Part shown: in pieces, positions 51,575-64,000 of the stretch
Position numbering within the stretch: the first letter of the stretch is position 1
Layout: each line of letters begins with the position of its first letter
From: the human T2T-CHM13v2.0 reference genome, Homo sapiens
NCBI RefSeq assembly: GCF_009914755.1
Contig: NC_060933.1
Direction: 5' to 3' (one strand)
Length of the DNA: 64,000 bases
Translations under genes and position numbers: made by a program
Notes under the pieces: model-generated
Told to the model about the DNA's origin: nothing
What the model saw: the letters and a program-made list of their open reading frames with translations, nothing else
Database searches by the model: none

Positions 51575-51740
51575 AATGGTAGTTGAGAGCCTGTTTTTCT
51601 GAATTCATACCTGGTTTTAACTCTTGACTTTGATATTATTTAACTGTGTGATATTAAACCAGCTCCTTAAGTTCTCTAAGCCTGTTTTCTCTTCAGCAAA
51701 ATAGAAATATTATTACCTACCTGTAGGATTGTTAGGAAGA
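51575..51740 (+). mobile_element. MIR
   Basis: ggtagttgagagc..actgtgtga..ttctctaagcctgttttctc..tacctacctgtaggattgtt. Confidence 0.7.
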
Positions 51741-51745
51741 TAGGT

Positions 51746-51817
51746 AGAGAGAGAGAGATAGATAGATAGATACATACATGCATACATGCATGCATGCATA
51801 CATACATACATGCATAC
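51746..51817. repeat. (GA)(GATA)(CATA/CATG) microsatellite
   Basis: Read directly from the sequence. Confidence 0.9.
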
Positions 51818-52745
51818 CTGGCCTCACATTTGACTCAGAACATTCATTCATTTGTTAATTTGAAATTCATGTACTATTCCCTCGTTTTATAACAGGCACA
51901 GGGCCAGCCACTACAGAGAGTGGCGAAAACATCAAATTAGACAGAATACAAAGTCAACTACTACAAGCGACAAAGAGATGTACTATATCCATCTCTATCC
52001 CATGTATATAACACAGATCCTAACATAGAACAGCTATCCAGGTCATCTAGTGGAGAAAATATAAAGCAGTAAAATATTTAATAGAGATGATATAATAAAA
52101 AGACATGGGAGCCAGGGAGATGAAGACCTGTGGATCAAGCAGCTTGGGTTTATAATAAACTCTTTCACCTAGGAACTAAGTGAACTCAGATAAGGAACTT
52201 AACCTTTGTTTCCTCATCTGTGACAAGGATGTGATAATTATATAAATAGGGGATTATTTTAAAGAATTAGATATGCAAGCTGTTGTAAGTCATCAGCTGT
52301 TGACATTATTCATGGTAAGAGTTTAGATGTTGGTGTTGGAATTCTCCCTTCACATGGAAGAGCTAAGGGACAGCTTCATTCTCTCAGTCAGGTTCTCTTA
52401 TATCTTCTTCTATTTTGGTTTAAAACCACAAGCTGCTCCTGTCCACTCAATCCTGTTCCCACCCCGGAGAGATGTGTAGTATTTTTCTTGGATAGTTCAG
52501 CCTTACTTATTCCATTTTAACATTTCCTGAATATGTCTTTTATGTTAGGATCATGCAGGGAATAGAAGTAAATATAGTACATCTCTTTGTAGTTTGTAGC
52601 TGACTGTATATACATTCCATCTTATTTGATTTTTCCCCCTCTCCATAGTGGCTGGTCCTGTGCCTGGTATAAAATAAGGGAATAGTATATGAATTTTGAA
52701 TTAACAAATGAATGGATGTTCTGAGTTGAATATGAGGCCAAATTT

Positions 52746-52746
<1 letters not shown>

Positions 52747-52802
<56 letters not shown>

Positions 52803-52814
52803 CATCCATCCATC
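52747..52814. repeat. (TATC)14(CATC)3 tetranucleotide STR
   Basis: Counted directly from the sequence. Confidence 0.95.
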
Positions 52815-53143
52815 CTATCATGTCTCTATCTTATCTATCATCTGTCTAACCTATTTAGCAATATTTTGGATTTGTAGAACTATAAGAATTACCTAGGATA
52901 GGAATAGAAAACACTGGGATCAAAATCTTCTTGTAACAATACCTAGGCAGAGAATAAGAGAGGGTGTGGTGGCATGAACAAATTGTTTACCTTACACAAT
53001 TGTATTCTTGAACACATTATTTAATACCTTTGAATCTCAACTTCATTTGAGCAATGTTTTATCTTTTTTTGATCTGTTAACATACCTTATAAGATTGTGA
53101 GGTAGAATAACCATGTATCAAAATACCCAGTATTGTGACAGAC

Positions 53144-53503
53144 TCTTGTAGACTAAATGTTTGTGTCTCCCTGCAAATTCATATGTTGAAATTCTAACTC
53201 CCAAGGTGATGCTATTAGGAGGTAGAAACTTTGGGAGGTGATTAGGTCATAAAAGCATGATACTTATGAATGGGATTAGTGCCCTTATAAAAGAGAACCC
53301 AGAGAGACCTCCGTTCCTTCCACCATGTTAAATTACAGTGAAAAGATGGACTTCTATGAAGAGGGACTTCACCAGACACTGAATCTATTGATGCCTTGAT
53401 CTTGGACTTCTCAGCCTCTAGAACTGTGAGAAATAAATTTCTATGGCTTATGAGCCACTCAGTTTATGGTAGTCTGTTATAGCAGCTCAAATGGACTAAG
53501 ACA
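53144..53503 (+). mobile_element. MLT1A-type MaLR solo LTR
   Basis: aaattcatatgttgaaattctaac..gggattagtgcccttataaaagag..agaactgtgagaaataaatttct..ggactaagaca. Confidence 0.88.
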
Positions 53504-53837
53504 ATGATACACTATATATCTTCAATAAATAGCATATTCTGTTTATTTTATTACCATAAGTTTTAGGATGGGGACAAATAATCATCATCCAAAAGGTTTC
53601 TTCATATTTGTGAATGAGATAATATTTGGGGGACAGAAAAAGAATGAAAGAATGGATGTATGTTGACTGGCCTCTCTCCATAATTCCCTTCTTCTTATAG
53701 CTGGGAGAGGAGATGCCTTCAGATTCAGATTCATCCCTCACCTCTTTTTCATGTATATAGGACAGGGTATAACCCTAACCTCTTCATATGAAAAAAGTAA
53801 ATAACCCTAACCTCTTCATATGAAAACCCCTCACCTT

Positions 53838-53946
53838 TTATATATATATATGTCACACTATGTTGCCCAGGCTGGTCTCAAATTCCTGGGCTCAAGCGAT
53901 CATCCACACTCAAGCCTCAGCCTCCCAAGTAGCTAGGACTACAAGT
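53838..53946 (-). mobile_element. FLAM / Alu left-monomer fragment
   Basis: cactatgttgcccaggctggtctcaaattcctgggctcaagcgatc. Confidence 0.8.
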
Positions 53947-54339
53947 ATCCTAATCTCTTTTCCTTCAGAATAAAGTAGACTTTAAAATAGAAGAGAGAAG
54001 GGATAGATGGGCTGGGAGAAAAGAGAATAGAAAAAAAAGGAATTCCAGTTTTCAACAGTAAGCTAGAACATAGTTACAAGTTTATGAGAGGATTCTGCAA
54101 TGGGTAGATGCCTCATCAAGAAATAACAGGCATTTTGAGATTTTAATGTTCAATTTAAGGGAAACAGCCTTTCAAGAAGTCATATCAGTTTTCTGGATTC
54201 CAGATAGAGTAAGAAATGAAACTAAAATTTGGGGCCTGAGCTTAATTTATTTTTTGAATAGATTTGACCCAATATAAGCTGTGTACATTTCTTTTTTCAC
54301 CATGATAACTAATCTGGGCTTATTCTTACAGTTTTCAAA

Positions 54340-54630
54340 ATAACTTTTGCTTTGATATAATATCAAATTTATAGAAAAATTGCATGAATAGTTAAAAAAT
54401 CCCATATTTCCTATATCCAGATTCAACAAGTGTTTCTATTTTGCTCCATTTGTTTTATCATTCTCATATATGTATATGTGTGTCTGATATGATATATATG
54501 TGTTGCATATTAGAAAGTGAGAAACATATACGTGTATATGTGTGTATGAGCCCACATTAGCTATTAGTAAAGCACACAGCAATACATGTTCAGTTATTTA
54601 TAATATTTCCATATTATTTCTGAAGAATCC
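54340..54630 (-). mobile_element. L1MC/ME-like 3' end fragment
   Basis: tcaaatttatagaaaaattgca..ccagattcaaca..attttgctccatttgttttatc. Confidence 0.55.
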
Positions 54631-54818
<188 letters not shown>

Positions 54819-54819
54819 T

Positions 54820-57070
54820 GAAGTCTTATGATTAAGTACATTCATATTCATAATCCTGATGTTTTGTAGATAAATTGACTCCTGTATAGAAGATGTCTAT
54901 CTTTATCTCCATTCAAGTTCTTTTTCTTGAAAGTCTATTGCAGATGATATTAGCATAGTGATCTCACCTTACTTATAGTTAGTGTTTTCATAATGTACCC
55001 TTTCCGCTTTTTACATTTTATTTTTGTTTTCATATTTAAAAATTGCCTTCTGTTCACAGCATATGAGTCTTGATTTTTTTAATGTTGCCTAAGAATGTTT
55101 GCCTTTTGAGAGTTTAGTCCATTATATTAATGTATTGATATTATTGAATTAGATCTATCATATTTTCATTTGTTCCAACTATTTTTTGTTCCTCTATTCT
55201 ACATTTCCCGCCTTGTTTCGTGAAAGTCGAACAAATTTTAATACTCAATTTTACTTCAAATAATGACTTTTTAACCATGCATCTTTTTAACTAATTGTTC
55301 TGCTTTCAACTGCTGATTACTATATGCATCTTTAACTTTTCAGTGTCAAGTTTTTATTCCTTCAAATGAACTATAGGAAAGTTGCAACAGTATAGTTTCA
55401 TTAACATCATTGTCTATAACAGTGCAAACTTTCCTTTGCATTATTATAAACATATTATATACACATATATGCACATCATGTAATCTGCATACCATACACA
55501 CCATAACAAAATATTATAATTGTTTTATTTAAACAGTCCTATATTTTTGAAGAAAGTAAAAAAGAAAAAATGCTCCCTTATATTTATGCAATGCTTATTA
55601 TTTTTAGTGCTAGTCATTTCTTTTGTTGATCTATCTGAATTCCTATCTGATATTACTTCTTCTCAGCCAGAGAACTTCTTTCAGCTTTTTTGAATGGTAA
55701 TCTGCTGGCTACACATTTTCTCAGTTATTGTTCATTTGAAATGTTTTTATTTTGCTGTACTATTTTGGGGATAATTTCCCTGGATATAGAGTTCTTGGTT
55801 GTCAGTTTTATTCTTTCATCATTTTAAAGGTGTCCTTCCACTGGATTGTGGCCCTCATTGTTTCTTGTGAGAAATCAGTGAAATTCACATGATTTTGCTT
55901 CTGTACATAATGTGTAATTTTTCTCTGGCTGCTTTTAAGATTTTTTTTATTTATAGATTCCAGAATTTAATATTATGTTATGGTACAGATTATATTTATT
56001 CTTCTTTTGATTTATTAGACTTCTTGAATTTATAAATTAAACTTTCTCAAGTAATTTGGGAAATTTTTGGCCATTATATTTTTAAACATTTTTCTCTGCT
56101 TCATTCTTCATTTGCCTTCCTCTTGGAAGTCTTATTACAAATTTATTAGACTGGTTGATATTATTTAGACTGCTTGATATTATCTCCAAGGTAACCAAAG
56201 CCCTGTTCAGTTTTATTCAAAAATTTTCCTCCCTGCTTTTTAGTTTGGATCATTTCCACTCATCTATCTTTGAGTTCATTGTTTTTCTTTCTTCTGCCAA
56301 TTTAAATTTTCTGTTTTTTTATTTCATTTCTAAAGTCTTTATCTAGTTTTTTTTAATATAATTACTATTTGTTTGCTGTTATTTCCCATTCTTCTTTCAT
56401 TAAAATATCTGTTTTTAGAAGTTCATGAGCATACTGCCCTGTTTTGGAGTATAAGTGACATATTCTTGTTACTCAGCATGTCTAGTAATTTTTTATTATA
56501 TGAAGACATAAAAGATATTGTGGAGACTCTAGATTTTGTTATCTATTTTTGAAGAATGTTGATATTTGTTCTAGCACACAATTTGGCTAGACTTGAACTC
56601 CAAACTCTGTCTTGCCTGCATGGGAAATAGTTGAAATCTGTGCTCAGTTCTTTAAGTTTTCAGCTTCTGTATTCTTCCATGTTCAGCAGTTAAGTAATGA
56701 GATTTGGCAGAGTTTATTTATATGTTGTGTCCTTACTTCCTCTGTTGCTCCTTTGTTTCTTAGGACACCTCACCCCCAACTTTTCAATGGTTTGCCAGCT
56801 CAGAGCTCTATTTTCTGACCCCTCAAGGTAGTAAGATTGAGTTTTCTACTGCCCTGAGCTACAGGGATTGAGAAATGCCCTCAGTAGAAATTTGCTAACT
56901 CACAAATCTCACCAAGGCCCTTCCTGTTTTAAAAGGAATAATCTCCCATCCATTTCCTTCCTGCTTCTGATATTCTCCAGTGCTTCTTAAATATTTTACA
57001 CAGATTTAATTATTGCTATCTGTAGAAGAGTTAGTCTGGCCAAGCTACTTTGCCATTACTGAAAGCTGGA
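54820..57070 (-). mobile_element. Ancient L1M (L1MD/ME-like) 5' half: ORF2 start, ORF1 and 5' end
   Basis: Antisense ORF1 phrases tggatatagagttcttggttg, gtttcttgtgagaaatcag, tttctctggctgcttttaagattt; minus-strand start ttcagtaatggcaaagtagctt. Confidence 0.7.
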
Positions 57071-57169
57071 GGCTTCTTAAATTTACTTTGTCTTTCTTCT
57101 TACTCAGTCCTTGGCGCCTTTTAAAATCTTAACAACCTCTTTGAGAAGTCAGCTATAAACAGCCATAAT

Positions 57170-57405
57170 ATATAACACTGTATTGTGCTTTCATTTTATG
57201 AGGATTTTTTATGTATATTTTTTCTCTTTTAGACCTTGACACAATCTAGTTAGAAAGATATTTTTACTATTCCCATTTTATAGATGAAGAAACTGGAATC
57301 CAGAGACACTATCTTGTCCACATTTATGCATCTAGTAAAGGAAATCATCATTCTTTGATTTCTGTTCTGTCAATTGAGGTCCCATGCTTTTGCCACAACA
57401 CCAAA
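57170..57405 (-). mobile_element. MIR
   Basis: Core attcccattttatagatgaagaaactg. Confidence 0.7.
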
Positions 57406-58868
57406 GCTGTGTCCAAAGAGAATTTTTGCTTTATATCTGAGGCCTAGGTAGCTTTAATGAGCTGCTCATAAGAAATTCATTATCGAAATGGCTGAATGAA
57501 GACAAGAAAGGGCAATTCTTCTCTGAGGGCTGGGCAAGCATCACTGTGCAAGTTCTGGCAATTCTCAATGATTTTTCAGCACATAGAATTTCCCAAATCT
57601 AGATATTTGTTCCTCAGTCATCAAGTGGTCCCCCAAAAGCCTGGGATGCTTGGTAGAACCAGGAGTGGGGCTTCCATTCAATTAATTGCTCAATGCCAGG
57701 CCTTATGCCAGGTATATACTTTTTTCCCATTATATTTGATTAAGGAAAAACATATCCTAATAACTGCACCAACTCAGGGAAAGAGCGACGCGTGGAGAAG
57801 ACACTCAGGGTTCTCCCCAGGGGCCCTGGGGAACGAGGTGAGGGCTAATATTGGAGCTTCATTACAAATACATGAAAACCTTGCTAAAGTTCCTGTCCTA
57901 GGCGTTCAATGACTATAGGTCACCGCACCTAAGATACATGTTTGTTTTAAATTATTCTCTTATTCTCTGGCGTCTCTGCTTGCCCTTGTCCCAAGAATGG
58001 ATTTTCTGGTCCTTCTGGGGCACTTGCAGCTGGAGAAAGCATGGGACACTATTCTGCTTGGCAGTCACAGTCTGTGCAGAGTTGGACTGAAGCTCTCATA
58101 AGCTGCCAGTCTGACTTACAGGGGGCTTAATGAATCCACCATCCAGTGAGTGCCCCTAGCGAGGCTGTTCCAGGAGACTGGGGTTTGCTCCAGAAGAGCA
58201 ATTCTGACAAATTGACAAGGCAATAGGAGATCATTAGACTGCCAAGTGCCTCTGTAGGCAGAGAGTGGGACACTAGACCCATTTGCCACGTTTCCAGAGA
58301 AGTCCTAGGTGGAATACTAATGTTCAAACTGACCCATGGCCCGGGGGGGATGGGCCTTGACACATCATTCTGTACAGATGGCCGGATCCCCTGGAAGCTG
58401 GACATAGGAATTCCTATGAATAACTAACTCATCATTGTATGTCTGTTTGTTCCCATGGATCTTTTTCTGCATGCACTGCAAATGGCTCACAAGGCCTTTA
58501 TACCATGTATTTTGTGTGCTAAGCTCACACTTGATTTCATTTTTCTCTTTATTACTATTAAAGCTTTCATTTTCTCTTTGTTCTACATTCCTCATCTACT
58601 TATTTGAAATTCAATTTTATCTATTTTTATATTGAATGGATTTAGATAATCCACCTCAAATCCTTTCTTCAAAAAAGAAGGTATAAATAAATAAACAGGC
58701 AAATAAACATAATCTCCGTGTGAGATGGACTTGAATTCCACACAGTGGTAAGAATTTGTCCCAATAACTCCAGGAAGCAAAGAAAACTACAGGTGAATTT
58801 TAGGCATAGGTGGATTTTCTTGCGTTTTTACGGTGGCTCATTTTTTGCAGGTTGAGGGTAGGACATTC

Positions 58869-59037
58869 CAGTCATGGTCTGGAGCTGATTTGTTCTAGCT
58901 CATAAGAGGTGACTGTTACATTTGCAGAAATTTTGATAGCTCAAAGTCAGCCACAGTGGGAGTATTTGTACAACAGAAGTTGTCAACATTAAAATTAAAT
59001 TTATGTTTTTGAGAACTGGTTTACTGGCATGCCACTG
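58869..59037 (+). mobile_element. MER63-like hAT-Blackjack MITE
   Basis: cagt..ctggagc..cagccacagtgggagtattt..tttactggcatgccactg; CAG..CTG termini. Confidence 0.65.
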
Positions 59038-60271
59038 AGTTTACCCTTCTTCCTGTCTTCTAAATTTGAATTTAAAGTAATAACATTGTCTTTTGAGGCT
59101 TACATTATAGGTCAATGTATTATAGATTAGAATAGAGGGTGTCAAAATTCTGACCATTGAGACTTAAGTGAAGGTAATAGCATGTAGCTGTAGTAACCTA
59201 CCTAACCAGCTGTGTACAAATGTGGTCCTATTTTGTTTCTGTTTCAAATTAAAACCACTGAAGCATTCACATAATTAAGTTGGATATACACTATCTTCCT
59301 GGGGTGGGGTCCCTTCTTTCTCTGGATTTTCCAAGAGGTCTGGAGCTTTCTCAGTCCAAAAAGGACCTTTGTGACTCCAAGTACCCCAGAGAGAGATTGG
59401 GGGAAGATAACCAGTCCCCTATCTCGCCCAGTTTTCTGATACCTGCTTCAATGAGTGCCTTGTGTGGTGCTACTACCTAGATGGTACTTAGTGGTTTATC
59501 TAGTCTTGAAATATCCCGCTGTTATTCCAGGGTGTGTGTGAGTGTGCATGTGGTGTGGTGGGGGTGTGCGTACAAGGACAGAAGTTGGCCCTCTAACTTG
59601 GTGGGTAGCAGAGCTACCCTAACTTATGGTCACCATGTACCATGCTAGCCCTAAGCTCTTGATGCATCCTTTAAGTCCCAGATGGAGAATGATCGCAGTT
59701 CCTCAGTATTAAACCTGGAAAACAATGCTTCATGCCATGTATGGCCTGACTTTCCAATCATGCAGCTCTATGGATTCACTTGTATGGTCATTTCTCCAGG
59801 AGCACTGTCTCTCTTAGAAGGGCCAGAGAGGGCCAGTTCTATTATCTGCCTCACCTAAAACCATGTCAATTTTCTTGTTTTAGAACAGAGAGATCCAAAG
59901 CAATGATGTCTTCATTGGAATGGGGGATGACCAGCTATGGAAGTAGGGTAAAGGAGTCAGGTGGGCAGTGCCTTTCAGAGTACTCCGAATGGGATGGTCA
60001 CTGGAATTGGAGATTTAGTGCATGTTCTATAAGGGCAGGAGCTGTCTCTCCTGTTTGAGTTTCCCAATAAATGAATGTTAGAAGATTGGCAAGGCCATCT
60101 CTACCCTGCAGTGGATACTGCAGCCTCTCAGTTCATGATTATATTCATCATTTAAATCTATAAGCTACTGTGATTCTGGTCATTTTAGGTTACCCCCTAA
60201 CTGGGATTAGGCTTCTATGTAGTTCTCCTGCAGGGAGAGACTGTTTGGGTCCTGCTGACAAGACTTTTCTG

Positions 60272-60432
60272 GTCTAGCCTGGAAAGTAGAGCAAGACCTC
60301 GTCTTTACAAAAAAACTTAAAAAATTAACTGGGCATGGTGCATGCACCTGTAGTGTTGAGGCTGCAGTGAGCCATAATTGTGCCAGCGCACTCCAGTCTG
60401 AGAGACAGTGCAAGAACCTGTCTCAAAAAAAA
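60272..60432 (+). mobile_element. AluJ fragment with an internal deletion
   Basis: gcaagacctcgtctttacaaaa..gcacctgtagt|gttgaggctgcagtgagcc..tgtctcaaaaaaa. Confidence 0.8.
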
Positions 60433-60707
60433 TTTTTTTTTCTGCAACATGTGACAATTCTATTTCTCATCAGAATTTTTAGATATACATTTTGATTAAC
60501 CTTTCAAAATCTTGCTAGTGTAAAGACATTGAATCTATCTCTCAGAATTTAATCATATCTGGGCCTCTGACAAAAGTAAATTATTGGATCAACTAGACTG
60601 TAGACAGACCCCAGTGTGTGGTGCATCATCCAAGATGCTGCCACTCTGTGAGATCATTTTGAGCTTATCCAACCTTGCCCTAGTTACAGCCTAGTCTCAA
60701 TGTGGGC

Positions 60708-61065
60708 TGTATCCATCAGGGTACAACCAGGAAGGAAATCACTCCAGGAATTAAAAACAGAGGGAAATTAATATAGACAACTGCTTACGTAGGTAAAAGA
60801 AAAGCTACACCTGGGGTTAGCAATGCAACCTAGAGGTTAACATCAACAGTAGGCTGGAGGTTGGAAGGACATAGGGTGGAGGCAATATTGTCAGAATTTC
60901 CTGCCAATATTTCCCACTGGCCAAGCTCGGCTAGAAGCCAGCACACATGTGCTGGGGAAATTCACTTTTCAGGTTGAGTCCCTGCATGATGCAGCTCTGT
61001 CACCTGGAGCAGAGCAGGTAAAGGACAAGGGACAGGCTCTGCTGACCCACTCTGCCCCTGTCTCA
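60708..61065 (-). mobile_element. Old MLT1-type LTR
   Basis: tgtatccatcagggtacaaccagga..tcactccagg..cccactggccaa..agaagccag. Confidence 0.5.
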
Positions 61066-61489
61066 TCAGAGACTGCTGAGGGATGGATACACTCTAGATA
61101 AAATCAATGTTGCTTTGAACAATCCCTGAGTTCCCCTTAGGACTGTGGTTCTCACTCGGTGGTAAGGGGATTCCAGGTGAGGGTAATGAGATGTCTGGGT
61201 AGGAACCAGGGATGACAGAACCTGAAAGCATTCTTTTTCAATTCCCAGGTCAAACTGGGGGGGAGATTTTGAGTCTGAGACCTTTTGGCTTGTTAGGAGC
61301 AGCTGTGGAGAACCTGGATGTGGCTTACCCTTATCTCCTTTCCCCTGAGCTAGTAGTGTCTTTAATGTGCTGTTCCTCAGCAGGATTACTATGGTTTTCA
61401 AGTTCTAATGGAATTCTTTTAATTTTCTTTTTAAAGTAACAATAATAGCATTTTCTTCCATTTTAATGCTCTTAAGTGGTAAAGAATCT

Positions 61490-61620
61490 AGTTAGCATTT
61501 ATGGCCTGCATTTTCTCCAACACTCATATAATGCTATGCAGTAGACACTAATATCCCCAGTTTGCAGATGATGATCGGAGCCTTAGAGAGGTGAAATAAT
61601 GTGTTCAAAGTCACACAGTT
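61490..61620 (-). mobile_element. MIR
   Basis: atccccagtttgcagatga..ttagagaggtgaaataa..caaagtcacacag. Confidence 0.7.
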
Positions 61621-62529
61621 ATTATACATTTGTGTTTTTATACCCTATCTTATTCTACAAGACAATGTCAATGGGGTCACATGACCAGTAAGAGAAGGAT
61701 TTGAAATTAAAACAGAGGCCTGTGTTCTTATCACTAGAATGCAATTCTTTTTCTGCTCCATAATATCAGAATACGAGACCACAGAAAATCTCAAAGGTTG
61801 AAAACTCCTGCTTTTTCCTTCTCTGCCTGTGTGCCTGACTGTATATTGGATAAATTTCAGGCCTTCATTTTAGGAGTAGAACAACAGTTCCTATAGCCGA
61901 AAAAGCCCTGAGGAGATCATCAGATCCTTTGCAAACAAAATTATCTTCCTTTCTTCAATTTGGAAACTGAGACCTGGAAAGGTTACAGGACACATCCAAG
62001 ACCACACATAGTGCCATTGTTGTTATAGAATATTTTCTAGTTGTAAGCTGAACAGAATTCTCTGTCTATCTCTATCCAGGAAAATGTACGCTGTTTAGGG
62101 ACCCAAATTTTCTCTCTTCATATACTGGGCAATCTGGTTTTGATCCATAAAGAAAGCATGGGAAGCAAGATGGAAATTTTTTCTTGCAGAACATTTGCAT
62201 TAAGTCAAGCTGGATGAGGATGATCCTGAGATGGCCCCGGCCCTGTTCATGTTACCTGTGTGTTGCTGAGTGGTCTTCTGTTGGGTGAGTGTGATGGGAA
62301 CATCCTAATTTGCTCAGGATAAAGCTATAGAAGAAGACTGTTCATTACCCTCAGGCCCTTGGCTCCATTTAAATAACCTTCTAGTCCTGTCAATTCTGAA
62401 TACAGAATGCCTTTGTTTTATTCAGAGTAAACTCCCGTGTTCTTTCAGTAATCTGGAAAGCCAAGCAAGAGATGTCCCACTCAGTGTCTCTGACATTTGC
62501 CTCTACCACCCACATTTTTTATAATTTCC

Positions 62530-62940
62530 CTCCAACCACATCAGCTTCTTCACTTTATTGTGAATACACTAGGTTTCTGATCTTTGACATAAAGGCTCTG
62601 CCCCAAGATATCTACTTGGTTCTCCTCTTCATTTAGGTCTGTACGCAAATACCACCTTCTTAGAGAGGTCTCTTCCAAAGTCCCATTGAAATAATTCTCC
62701 ATCCGCACCTGCCACTCTCTAAATCCCTTTTCCCACTTCGGTTTTCTTTAGAGATCGTATCACCCTCTCACACATTATAGGCTTATTTGTCTATTGTATA
62801 TCTATATGCATTAGACTGTAAGTCCTGAAGAGAGGATTTGAGCATTAGCCATGGGCTTGCCCATACCCTTAACAAATACAACAGTGCCTGAAAGCATAGC
62901 AGGCACTCAAAAATAATACGTTGAATAAATGAATGAATGA
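62530..62940 (+). mobile_element. L2a 3' end
   Basis: catttaggtctg..caaataccaccttcttagagagg..ttagactgtaag..acagtgcctg..aggcactcaa..gttgaataaatgaatgaatga. Confidence 0.8.
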
Positions 62941-63250
62941 CTCATTTTCTCTTCTTCCATTCTACTGCCTTCTCTGAGGCCTCATCACTTCTTGCTGAAA
63001 CCATTCCAATAGCTTTCTGATTTCCCTGACTTATTTCCTTTAATTTCTCCTTCACACAACTACCACAATAGTAATTATAAAATACAAATCTAATCATGTC
63101 CTTCCTTTCTTTAAACCCCTCAGTGGCACTCTATTACCCTTTACGGTCAAATTCCTACCTGCCTGCCAAGTCTCATCTCCTACTTTTTTTTTCTTTGTGG
63201 ACTTTTTGTTATAAAATTAAATTTTCACCTTTCCACCATAAGATTTCTCC

Positions 63251-63772
63251 TGTGTTCATTTTCCATTTGCTGCTGTGACAATTCGGCACCAACTTTGTGG
63301 CTTAAAACAACACACATTTATTATCCTTCAGTTCTAGAGGTCAGCAGTCTGACACTGGTCCCACTGGGTTAAGGTCAGGGTATCAGCAGGGCTGTGTTCT
63401 TTTCTGGAGGCTCCAGGAGAGAATCTATTTCCTTGCCTTTTATAGCTTCTACAGGCCACCCCCATTCCTTGACTCAGGGCCACCTCTTTTCATCTTCAAA
63501 ACCAGAAATGTAGCATCTCTCTGACCCTGTTTCTGGCATCACATTTTCTTATTTGACTCTCTTCTTCTGCCTCCCTCTTCCATTTGTAAGGATGCTTATT
63601 GGGTCCATGCAGATAATTTGGGATCATGTCCGTATTTTAATATCATCTGATTAGCCATCTTAATTCTACCTCAACCTTAATTCACCTTTGCCTTATAACC
63701 TAACATATTCACAGGTTCTGGGAATTAGGATGTAGACACCTTTGCGGGGAGGGCTCTTTTCTGCCTAGTACA
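63251..63772 (-). mobile_element. MLT1C/D MaLR solo LTR
   Basis: ggcttaaaacaacacacatttattatc..cagttctagaggtcag..ctggaggctccaggagagaatc..taacatattcacaggttctgggaattagga; TG..CA ends. Confidence 0.88.
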
Positions 63773-64000
63773 GTTCCCTTCACCAGGTGTCTTTTCCTCT
63801 TGATATTTTGTATCTGTCTATAGCCTATCCATTTATTTCCCTCATTCCTTAAGTCTCATCCTCCAAGTAAAAGTAACCTGACCCTACATTTTACCCCTAC
63901 AACATGTTTTCCCAAACTTCTCTTAAGGAAGGTAATACTTTTTATCTTATATTACATATTTTCATGTGCATGCCTTATTACCGAAATCAGAGTGCTAGCT

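Noticed and set aside
53770-53812. taaccctaacc as an interstitial telomere repeat
   Set aside because: Fewer than two full TTAGGG units per copy; a local duplication explains it.
57496-58405. 138-aa and 92-aa ORFs in unique sequence, and others at 41844-42165 and 43765-44109
   Set aside because: No recognisable domain, CpG island or convincing exon structure; the lengths are within chance for 64 kb. A short host exon or lncRNA cannot be excluded without alignment.

Overview
Primate non-coding genomic DNA, probably human or another African great ape (it carries an L1PA2-type insertion and several AluY copies). I find no host protein-coding exon, RNA gene or CRISPR array. Bases 1 to ~31,500 are almost entirely LINE-1 DNA, nested and nearly all on the minus strand. 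This block holds a near full-length L1PA3/PA2 whose ORF2 is broken by a single stop codon, a four-level L1M > L1PA15/16 > L1MA > AluY nest, a near full-length L1PA6/7 with target-site duplications (TSDs), and a 5'-inverted L1PA2 that creates a chimeric RT-containing ORF. Bases ~31,500 to 64,000 are mostly unique or anciently decayed sequence with MIR, L2, MLT1/MLT2/LTR33 solo LTRs, MER DNA transposons, microsatellites and a ~420-nt almost purine-free tract. I see no evidence of a previously undescribed biological system. The findings concern retrotransposition mechanics and non-B DNA. Subfamily names come from remembered diagnostic positions and need RepeatMasker/Dfam confirmation. Boundaries of old repeats are approximate.
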